From the NCBI GenBank assembly GCA_964035545.1, contig OZ037766.1, forward strand, positions 13,816,722 through 13,880,721: 64,000 nucleotides of DNA, read 5' to 3'. Numbering within the stretch: position 1 is the stretch's first letter; each line of letters begins with the position of its first letter. Below the pieces are notes generated by a model that was not told the DNA's origin, did no database searches, and saw nothing but the letters and a program-made list of their open reading frames with translations. This DNA comes from Bugula neritina. Lineage: Eukaryota > Animalia > Bryozoa. Of the stretch, positions 53,325 to 64,000 are shown one piece after another. A program made the position numbers and the translations under genes.

Positions 53325-56300
53325 CTATAATGTTGAAACAATTGAAAATTAGTCTCTACATGTTACATTGTCACCCCTTTTAGAGCTTGTATTTTGCTGT
53401 ATTACATAACATTTCAGTAAACTACAACAATAAGTTGCACTAAGTTCCACTGAATAAAATAATATTGGTTTACATATTCCTTATGCTTATAACTAAAGCC
53501 TCCAAGTTAATTGCATTGACCAAGTAAGAAACGGTTTTAAAAGTTTTGAATGCTACCAAAACCCATAACTTCACAGCTTCATTTTACTTGCAATGACTTC
53601 TACTTCATGATTTACTGGCAAATCATTATTGATCGAATACAATATAATTTCCCTAACCAGATACAATGTAACATTAGTAGAACAAAATTTATGGAAAATT
53701 CCCCTTCTTGTGAAAACAGAAACAAGGGTTGGGCCCTTATTGTGTAAATTATATACCCAACAGTGTCATTATGTCCTTTATTATAGCTTACTGTTGATAT
53801 GGTTAACATATAATAAAGAAGGAAAGCCGTTGGAATCCTTTGGAACATGGTACAGGGACTGCCCTCTTGATTATCAACTATTAGTCTGCCCTAATTGGTG
53901 AGAAAATTTGTCCTGAGAAGTTGTACAATCATATTATTTATACCATTATAATTATGAGAGAGTGTGAAGTTATTTGTTATTCTGTTACAACATTCGTAGT
54001 AGGGCCACTAGTCCAGACTAAAGATAACAACATATAATAACCTTTAATTTATGGGTATGGCAAGGACACTTACTGTGTTTAGAGGTGAGGTGGAGGAAAG
54101 AGTCTCATTTATATCTAGAGACAAATCACTGCTTAGTTGAGTGGACATCTTCTCCAAAGTACTCTAAGGAACAACATCTTATATATTATACAGATAACAT
54201 ACTAGGGACTAGAAACATCAAAGCTGAACAGAAATTTGATGACCTATGTCTGTCAGACACGGCCATTTACTAATTATCTTACTATTAACAAGGCCATAAA
54301 AATATGTACAAACTTTATTTTCTAGTGCAAATTTTATGCAGCAGTGCAATTTTTTTTCTTTTATTTGTTGTTGGACATAATTATCACTACTTTAATTACT
54401 TTCTTTCCTAGATCTACACTCTACAGTGTAGGGTAAAAGATATACCTAGATTCTACAAAATCAAAAAGTGATTTGGTTGACCAAAAATGGTTACTGTTGG
54501 TTTTGCTTATCAGCACAAGATAATTAACTATACTGCCAGTGAATGGTGCACTTGGTGTAAAGCATATTTTAAATTAAAAAACAGCAGGGCCATTAATGAT
54601 CAAAATGTGAAATAATATAAACTCCAGAGTGCAATTGAGGTTACTAGTAGGTTTCTACTGATGAATTAATAATGATTTCCGATATAAGTATCACCTCTGT
54701 GCATTAAAATCTTGATTTGTTTACATATATTTTTTTTCAAAATAAAGCGTGCTGCAATCATATAAAAAATTTAGGTAGTTGAACCAATCTAAATATTTGC
54801 CCTTTAGCAATTATAGACTCAACAAAGTTATTTGAAGCAGTTTTCAGGGTAGCTATTCAATCTAAGCTATGTAATCATTTAGTTTACTGTAACTTTGGTG
54901 ACCTTCACAGTGATTGGTTATTAGAGCAAGCATTGCTATTATTAGCTACTGTTTGCAAGCTATTTCCCCACCATTATATAACTAGGCCATTATACGAAAG
55001 CTGAAACAACAATGGAAGACAAAAGGTGGTTTTCTATTCCAATCGAAGTTAACAACAATTTAGCTTGTAAATATTATTTGAACTAAATTTCCGGCTTATC
55101 CAACACTGTTAAGGTAATTTTACAATAAATATCAGCAAAAATCTGTCCCGACAGAAAACCCAGATGCTCTATTGTTTGGCTTTTAATAATCTAGCTAATT
55201 TTGATTAGACAAAACCATGAAAAATTTTAAATTTAAACAATTTACAAGATATGCTGCAAGAGTAAAATAAGTTTTCGAAAATTCTGTCATGGTCTATAAA
55301 AACACTTCAGGTTAAAATAAACAGAAACTACTGAAACTAAGAACTTTTTCATTATTTATAGTAAGTACAGTGTAGGAGTTTATATTAATCAGTTCAAAAG
55401 GTTTACATCAATATCAATATCAATATGTTTGAAATTGTACACCTGTATATAGTAATTGTAAGTATTACTATTCTACATTGCTCTTGCTTGCAAGAGTATG
55501 TTTGTACTTGTACATGTTGATGTTGCGTAAAACTAGAAGTAGAAGCATATAGGTTAGCACAGACTTGCAATATATGCATTCCACAAACCTGCTAAACATC
55601 CAGTTTCAATTTATGTAGTCTAATTTACCTTATTACCTCTCTATTAGGCTTTAGCACTCACCTTTCTTTACTATTAGCTGTCTAATTAGTGCTGATGTTG
55701 GGAACTTGTGAACTAATAATCATCAGCTAATACTCTTCTGCCTACTGACTGTCCAGGATAGAGTAGACTAATGCTGGTTTCTAAGAACTGGAAGCTCCTT
55801 ATTCATGAATTGATGTTGTAGTTGAGAAGAGGCTATGGTAGGCAAACCAGTATGCCAGCAAAGAGTGCAAGTGTAGAGTGATGGGCCGGCTGTTAAAACC
55901 AGTGCCTATGTATGATTATGTCAACCAATCAAATGACACAATGTTGGTTTAGACGCAAACGGATATACAAGGATATGTAATTAAATGAAGATACAAAATA
56001 TATAGAATAAACATTATATGGGAAGGGTATAACATGCTGACATAAATGCTAATATTTAATAGTAATTAAAAGAAACTAAAGTGAAGTTTAATACCACAGA
56101 ATTGTGAAAAACATCTCTATCAACAGCAATTTACTTGTTTGTGTCAAAGTGGTTTTATTGCTATGAAAGTCATAGTCAATTGAGAGCGTGCCAGTGTGTG
56201 AGCTGATTACATTCGATTCAAAGGCGCAATGGTGTATTTTGGCTCTCCATTAATTGACATAACCTAGACATTGCCGTATTATGGCAAAATGTATTTATCT

Positions 56301-57072
56301 AGACAAAATAGTCAAGGCTCTTAGTATATGAATGAATAATAATACATTGGCTACAAGGGCCCAGCATGTTTAAAACTCGAATAGTGCAGTTACTAAATGA
56401 TACTAACCAAAAGTTGCTATCTATTTTTATAATAAATTGCTGTGCAGCCATGACAATTTTATCTCTATTTTAATGTGCTATTTCTAGAGCAATTATTCGA
56501 AGCACTTGGCATGAAATTGTAACTTTGATTGCTAAACTTAAAAGTAAATGTAATGTTGCCAAAACAGACATTTTTTATAACTGTTGACATCAGGCACAAC
56601 GGCATTTTGTCAAATGAACAGCAATTTTGTCAAACTAAACAAGTTGCTAGAGAATTGTTTATTTATAATGGTTCACTTACCCAGAGGTACCAGTTTTAAA
56701 ACTCTAAATCCTACCACTTATAGATCGGTTACTAACAGTAAAGCATTCAACTAATGGCAAATTGCCAGCTACTAACAGTTCCAACTAACACGGTCGTTTC
56801 TATTGCAAGAGCGAATCAATGAATATATTGATTAACAGTGTGGGAATAATGTTTATACAGCATTGTTTTTGAACAGCCAACCAATGCTTACTAGTTAGCA
56901 ATCATAATGGCCTCTTAAACAGAAAAACAGAGATTTAATATGCTGCATTATAGTCTCTTTGTCTCCATACGTTATAAAGTAATGCTCCATTCACGTAAAA
57001 CTTAATTGTTTGGATAGTACGCCGATAGGAAAATGCGTAGTTGGCCAATTGGTAGAGCACAGGCTAGAGTTG

Positions 57073-57087
57073 GTTGCTCTTAGCAAC
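57073..57087. promoter_or_regulatory. RFX X-box upstream of CCDC60
   Basis: Perfect palindrome GTTGCT-CTT-AGCAAC ~600 bp upstream of the ATG; a second, weaker site GTCTCATTTAGCAAC at 57392-57406. Confidence 0.65.
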
Positions 57088-57685
57088 TACAAGCGAATCA
57101 AACGTGGTTTAGAACTATTGTACAAATATAGTATAGTAATCATTATTGCTATAAGAAAATACAAGACTATTGTCAATTACTATTACAGTGTGTAGTCATT
57201 TGGTGACTGAGCTAACTAACTAATGCATTGCTTTTGGAATAGTGTAAGTAGCAACTATATTTATGTGCGAAGTGTTATCATCATTATTAGTACACAACTG
57301 ATATTTTATTTTGCAGCTGAACAATATAGGTACATTTGAAAGTGTCTCTCTAATAGATTATCATAATCATTGTCAATGTGAATGTAACGCAGTCTCATTT
57401 AGCAACGTGCTGGTTTATAAAGCAATGTTATTTAAAAGTTGTGACACTATCCTGTTCATGATCTTTGAACTGGTGGTAACCCACCAGCACCAAGTGCTGT
57501 AGTAGAGTCTGAGTTTACATTATCAGAATGTCACAAACTTTATATTAATTTTGTGTTTTACAGAGTGGGACCTTCAGGCTGAGGTAGAAAGGAAAGGGTG
57601 CAATAAAACTCTGGCATGTTGGGGATGTGAATACTCTAATTTAAACTGCCAATTACTTTGCTATATCAGTTATACAGTGAAAGTA

Positions 57686-60600
57686 ATGTTTAATTTTGGT
57701 AAAATTGATTACTGGGGTGATGCGATACCTCACCGCCCCGCAGAATTGTCATATATTAAACAGGTAAGGGCTAAGCTATAAAACAAACTAGTCATAAACT
57801 TATCCCCTTATTCAATATATGTCTGCTTATTCAACCAATTGTTTTTTAAGTCGAAGATAGACCGTCATATAAAAATCATTCCTTCGTTGTTACAATGAAT
57901 CAGGGTACTATGCATTCATATTAATATATGTATCACATTTCGAATAAACCTTTTTCAAGATTCCCCTACCAATAGAGAGTATTCCTCGCAGAGCCAAGAT
58001 TAACGCCAGATGTATTGACAAGATGACTATATTGCAACCTTCATTGCCAACCAGAAAACAGGTGATTGAGTATACTCTAACAGTCTAACTTAGCATTCAG
58101 ATTGTTATTGAGTTACAGTGTGCTATTGCATATATATTCAGCTTTAAAAGGCAAGTTAGGCATGTAAGTTAAATATTCTTATTAACAAAGTTCTATAAGC
58201 TTTATTTCAATGACATTAATGCAGTAAGCTAGTCTATTTGCTTTTATCCTGACAGTTGCTGCCAAACACAACATTTAACAAAGATGGAATGTGATAGTCA
58301 TTATTATCTTGCACCACATCAGAATGTGTATTTTGTGGTTTTATTTTCAAGTACCAGCATGTTTTGACATTGATTCATTACATGCCAGTCGCTTTGTCTG
58401 TTCTGTTCAATAGACCTGATCAGGTAAACACTTGTCAAGCTGAGATTTGATTAGTTTAATTTTACATTCAATTAGAAATACATTTAATGATTAATGGCTG
58501 CATATATTTAAGGAGCCTTTAAATTTTGTGTGAAAGCCTTCTACTATTACACAAATGTTCATGATTTTTTAATAATAAATTGTGCTACCAACATAACCGC
58601 AAAATATTATATAGATGAAATTAAAGGATATATTGCTCTTATATCAAAGGTGATTATAAAAAATTTAAGAGGACACAGTAAAGAATACCTACATCTGTTA
58701 TCATTAAATTGTTATTAGATTTTTTCAAAGCTAGTATTGCATTCAATGTAAGTTTTAAATCAATTTAGACATAATATCAGCTGAAAGCATTCAGACAATA
58801 AGAATTGTATAATCTATTGAATTTAAATCATTTTACATGCTCTTGTTAGCCAATACTTCTTGATTATATTCTTACTTGAAAAATGATATTAAGGCGAGTT
58901 TGCTAAAAAGTGAGAGTTAATTTAGATTTCAACCAAAATAATAGTAAAAAAAGTTTAAATTAAAATGTTTAGCACTACCTCATGGTAAAATATTTTGTGT
59001 CTTTTTCATTGGAAATTCTGTCATAATCGTATATCCACTTTCTTCAAAGTATTATTTATTATACGATTTGCTATATCAGTCATATAATGTATTTATGCTT
59101 TGATTCAGATAAGGGAGAGTAACTACATTAGAAGGACAGATCAGATACATAATCAGGGGTTTGTGAGCTCCAATGAGCAGCCTTACAAAGAAATAGGTCA
59201 CCCGGTGTACCTGGAGAATAGAAAACTTATTAGCGACGCCCTAGGACTTCCTGTTCAGGTATGAACAACTTTCCCCAAAGTTGTGTCATAGTTACCACAA
59301 CATAGCCAACTTTTCTGTGCTCTTTGGCGTCTTATTGAAACATTACTATAATACCTAATGTATAGAAAAAGGACAAAAAGTTGTTGTAAGCCATAGTTTT
59401 CGTGAATAGCACTTGTTATTCTTTAATAGTTCACATATCTAATATTATAAAAACAAATATTCTTTTCAAATTTTTATTAGAATAATAAATGTTATTTTCT
59501 ACTTTACAGTGCATGTTAGTCTAACTATTGAAACAAATTGATCAAAAATTCCTTTTAATAAAGATAATATTAATTTATGACTAAGGAGAGTGAAGAACAT
59601 CAAGATAAACCATCAACGCCCTCGTCTACCATAGATGATGGCCACGGGGAGTCTTCACCGTACATGATGAGAAGATCAAGGAAACAGCTGAACACACTGC
59701 GCAAAGAGATGGAGCGGGGAAGGTTGTATTACCATACAATACTTTACAACTTTATCCTTTTAGTGTTGAGATTGCTCAGTAGCTGCATAGTGTAATGGGT
59801 AGCCTGCTACCTTGTAAGTTAGAAGTCTGGGGTTCGATTCCTGTCGGGGGGGGGGAGTTATTTTACAGGCCTGTAATAAGATAATATATTATTATAACTA
59901 TGTAGTCTTAAAATATATAATTCATAGTATTTCAAATATATATCATTTTTAGGAATTTACTGCGGAATGTCAAGCTGGGACATGGACTTTTCAAAGTGCT
60001 GCAGGATGAAAGAAAGAAACTAGTGAGTACATTTAACAGCTGCTATTACTTCTAATGCATGATTATAATGCTGTCATTACTACTGCACATACTACAATAA
60101 TATAAAACTACTAATTTAACATGAGTTACTTTTAGTGTTCCCAATATTTACCTATTGCACTACAAGTACTAGTATCAGTACTGATGCATACCTCACTATT
60201 AGTATTAGTATGCATGTTAATACTACTATCACTGTTAGTGTGACTTTGACTAAATGACTAACACTTGCACTGATACATATAAATAATCTACAATATTATA
60301 TTATATGAGTTTCCCTAATAGTGGACACTAATTTTTACAAGCATATGTTTTCTCTAATATTATTAAGATACATAGTATGCATAATCATTTGACATCATTG
60401 TCAGCACATGGTGATCTATGGTTTGAAGGTGTAGATTTTGGGATCATTTTAGCAAACCTTACTGACTTAGGTCTCAGAAATATAGTTTTACAAGTGGAAC
60501 TTGATTTACTGTAGTCACTTTTTACCTTCATCATTTAGATATCTAGAAGAGAAATGGACGAGGCTTTGGCGAAGCAAAGAGCCATGATGAATTGGCAAGC

Positions 60601-63600
60601 AGCTCACACAGGAAGTGATTCCGAGTCGAGCTCAGATGACGAGATTGGCGTTGAATTCGATATAACAAAGTCAGTTTTTAAATAATTTTCTGAAGCATTT
60701 GATATTTTTGATATAAAACCTACATAAAATTGGATATAATGATTATGTATCTTGCACTCAACATAAATATTATAGGAGTACAATGCATTAATTTACAATT
60801 ACTACACTTCCCATATCATCACAAAGTTAGTATTTTCTCAAACTAATATGAGTCATAAATTTAAACAATCTATCAATACTTAAGCATTATCAACTCGCAG
60901 TATGTTTAGAGTTATGTGGGTTAGCTTATTTAGTGCGTGCATGCATACATGCATGTGTGTGCGTGTGTGTGTGTGTGTGTATGCGTACGTGTGTGTGTGT
61001 GTGTGCGTGTGCGTGTGCGTGTGCGTGTGCGTGTGCGTGTGCGTGTGCGTGTGCGTGTGCGTGTGCGTGTGCGTGTGCGTGTGCGTGTGCGTGTGCGTGT
61101 GCGTGTGCGTGTGCGTGTGCGTGTGCGTGTGCGTGTGCGTGTGCGTGTGCGTGTGCGTGTGCGTGTGCGTGTGCGTGTGCGTGTGCGTGTGCGTGTGCGT
61201 GTGCGTGTGCGTGTGCGTGTGCGTGTGCGTGTGCGTGTGCGTGTGCGTGTGCGTGTGCGTGTGCGTGTGCGTGTGCGTGTGCGTGTGCGTGTGCGTGTGC
61301 GTGTGCGTGTGCGTGTGCGTGTGCGTGTGCGTGTGCGTGTGCGTGTGCGTGTGCGTGTGCGTGTGCGTGTGCGTGTGCGTGTGCGTGTGTGTGCGTATGC
61401 GTATGTGTGTGTTCAAGTGCGCGAGGACTTGAGAAAATGCTTATATCCTTTTTTTATGTTTATTAGTTTATTATTAAAATGTAGCAATTGGTATAACCTC
61501 ACCCTACAATATTTATACAAAAAGTACAATTTTCTTAGGGAGTTTGTGCATATAGATGTCCCAGAATATGGAGAGCGGGAAGAGATAAGCACAGACGATG
61601 TAGAGCATGTGAAGTTTCAACAACGACCTGAGACACATATTGGCTATACTTCACCTGCAAATACTGACAGGTAAGCTGTCAAGCTTCTTCTAAATCATGT
61701 TGCAAAATTATAAACTAGCTTAGATGCAAACAAAGACGCAAAAGATGGAGACTTTTCATGCAATCAGCTTTTGATCTTTGTTACTGCTCTAATACATTAC
61801 TGTAATTGTAATTGTATCTATTTTTTTAATCTAACATAAAGATATTTTTTATGACACCAAATATGCGAAGTAAAGATGTTGTGTCTGAACCAATATTTTA
61901 CATTTTGGTTACATCTGCAGACAAGTTATGTGGGGCTGTATAAATCTTTTGCACTTTGTTCCTCAAATTAAACAGCTGCGACATTCTGCACAAGTCTATT
62001 AGAATGCTGCTATGTGCACTATATGCGCTTTTGTAGAAATGACGTTGTTCAACGTAGAACAGCCTCGCCTCTGGCTATACGAAGAAAGAAATGCAATATT
62101 CCCAGGCCATTTACGCCACTGAACAATAACATTAGTCAAAAGAAACAAACCGCTGCTAGTTTTCTTGGGTCAGTTCAACAAGTGCTCTTTATCCTCGTCA
62201 TGTGATTATTTCAAAAATTACAGTTTAATTCATTTTACTTTAATGAGTTCAATAGTTTTCAATTGAACAATAGCTTTCAGTATTTGCAGGAATGTTTCTA
62301 TACATTAATAGCATTGCTTAATTGTGGTTTTGACTAAGAATGTTGTTCTTTTGAAGAGTAGTATATACATTTTCTGAGAAAATTGTAAAGTTTCAGCAGT
62401 TTTCCAATTTTATAGCCACTTGTAAGAATCACTTTAACGCCAAATATTATCTTCTAATAACAATATATAACTCACCTAATCATTACCTGCCGTCTTTGGA
62501 AAAGGTATAATGCATCAGTAAAGTAAACTGCATAAAAGAAATAATAAGAATAATAACTAATAGGATCACACAGTTCATAGCTTTTACGTCTTAAATTGAT
62601 GAAGTTTTATGTAATGGTCTTTGAGTAAGTCATTCAAGATAGAAAGTAATAGTTGAATATTCAATGCTGAAATATTAGTAATTCTCTTGGAATTCAGACT
62701 CAAGTTATCACAAGACAATAAGTTAGACAGTTTACTTTTGTAATGCAAGAAAACTTGGTGGATAAATTGCTCCCTTAGCCAAATTAACTCTTTGACGGAA
62801 AGGAGTGAAAGTATAAAATTCTCATTTACACATGGAGTGCATAAGGTATGCATTTGGTAATTTGATTGCAGAGAAAGTTTGTTCAAGCAGCTGTGCTGCC
62901 TGCACTGGCTGCTGAAGTCAATGGATCTTCCGGACGTTGCCACTATGACCCCAATCATCACATGCTGGCAGATGAAGTAGGTTACTGTGTGTTTAATGCC
63001 TTGAATGAAAACTTCAAAGGTTAAGTGCAGTTTGTTTCTTATTGATCTATTAAAGTTACTAGAAGTTATGGTTTTGTGATTTAGTGCTGATAAAATGGGA
63101 GGCATAGAGATCAACAAGAAGGCAGCGGAAGACAAGAAACAGCGAGACCAGCAAAGGTATGACAACTTATTCAAAGTTCCAAGACAAAAAGAAATCCGTA
63201 AACTTAAACCGAGGAGTGAAAAGCGCAGGTCTACATTTTTCCCAACTCGGCTTAGCAGGTAATTTATGAAATGCAGGTAGAGCTAGCTTGTTCTCTTCTT
63301 GAAACTCCTGATGCACATTTTATTTGTGTAATATTAGACTGTTGAATACATTTAACTTAGAATTTACGCCTATGTTGCTTTTGCGTCATTCACTTTCTAT
63401 TTTGCATGTTTAATGTTTGAGCTAAAATTAATAAAGAATATAAAATATGCTTGTCAACCAATTTGTAAACTATCAACCGCGTGAGCTGCATAGAATTCAT
63501 AGGATGTTTTCAATATAATAATCTTGGTTGCTACTGTAGCTGTGACAAATTTTATTTAACTTTATTCCATCATCAATTCAATTCAAAGAAAATATCTTTA

Positions 63601-63989
63601 CATTTTTATACTTTATTTAACAATTTTATAAAAATATTTTCTCATCATCTGCAACAATAATTTAAAAGAAAAACTTTAAGGCAAACTTTCAAAATAGTTT
63701 TAAAAACAGTACTGATAACAAAATAGACTAAGACGACTTAGATTAAAAGTATCATAAAGGTACTGCTGGTTACTATTTTTAGAATGTGATTGCAACAAGT
63801 TTTTTTTCAAGAGCTGGTTTAATGATTGCTGTTGTAGAGATGGTTCTATTGTGCAATCTACAAGGAGCCGTTCTGGGTCCTTAGCTCATAGCCAAACAAG
63901 TGAAGTCATGTCCTCAATTAATGACGGTACCTTATTAGCATTAGACGACTCCAGATTAGTTATCCCGGAAACCAGTATGGCAGCAGAAG
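57686..63989 (+). CDS. CCDC60: Coiled-coil domain-containing protein 60 (DUF4698), 5' part; continues past the right edge
   Basis: Exons 57686-57763, 57960-58061, 59109-59258, 59586-59722, 59953-60022, 60539-60669, 61539-61670, 62037-62168, 62872-62976, 63085-63258, 63838-63989 join in phase. KQLNTLRKEMERGRNLLRNVKLGHGLFKVLQDE, RPFTP and LFKQLCCLHWLLKSM..MTPIITCW match recalled CCDC60 motifs (RPFTP, LFRQLCALHWLL, MKPVITCW). The first exon/ATG is less certain. Confidence 0.88.
59781..59856 (+). mobile_element. tRNA-derived SINE head / tRNA pseudogene in a CCDC60 intron
   Basis: A-box TAGTGTAATGGGT and B-box GGTTCGATTCC at tRNA-like spacing, ending in a G run; no intact acceptor stem. Confidence 0.55.
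60955..61411. repeat. (GTGTGC)n hexanucleotide microsatellite with (GT)n flanks in a CCDC60 intron
   Basis: About 63 perfect GTGTGC units at ~61001-61385. Confidence 0.97.
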
Positions 63990-64000
63990 GTAAAATAATG

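Noticed and set aside
59781-59856. Functional tRNA gene
   Set aside because: A and B boxes are present, but there is no complete cloverleaf/acceptor stem; treated as a SINE head.
60880-61674. (HT)n, (CV)n, (AC)n and (RV)n ORFs
   Set aside because: Products of the GTGTGC repeat; only 61539-61670 is a real CCDC60 exon.
62584-63174. 196-aa minus-strand ORF
   Set aside because: Antisense to CCDC60 exons and introns, with no recognisable domain.

Overview
AT-rich, intron-rich invertebrate (metazoan) genomic DNA. Five spliced host genes are recognisable: HGS/Hrs (minus, 5' part, runs off the left edge), ARL16 (plus), junctophilin (minus), an SLC6 glycine/proline-type Na+/Cl- transporter (minus) and CCDC60 (plus, runs off the right edge). 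Two LTR retrotransposons lie between the head-to-head HGS and ARL16 genes. The first is an intact, very young 8.0-kb Ty3/Gypsy element (8810-16851; apparently identical 406-bp LTRs, 4-bp TSD, tRNA-Leu PBS, UUUAAAC -1 frameshift with a predicted pseudoknot). The second is a decayed Mag-like Gypsy element (17075-21054) whose 5' LTR is interrupted by a MITE. The strongest candidate for a new system is in the young element. Its Pol runs ~520 aa past the normal integrase end into a transcription-factor-like module (acidic region, two C2H2-like zinc fingers, basic patch, leucine zipper). Its LTR U3 holds four CCGAA-N-TTCGG-type palindromes closed by a 14-bp inverted repeat, and the same palindrome recurs at the start of the extra module. 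This suggests a self-encoded transactivator/operator pair, or an integration-targeting domain. All exon structures were read by eye; no database searches were run.
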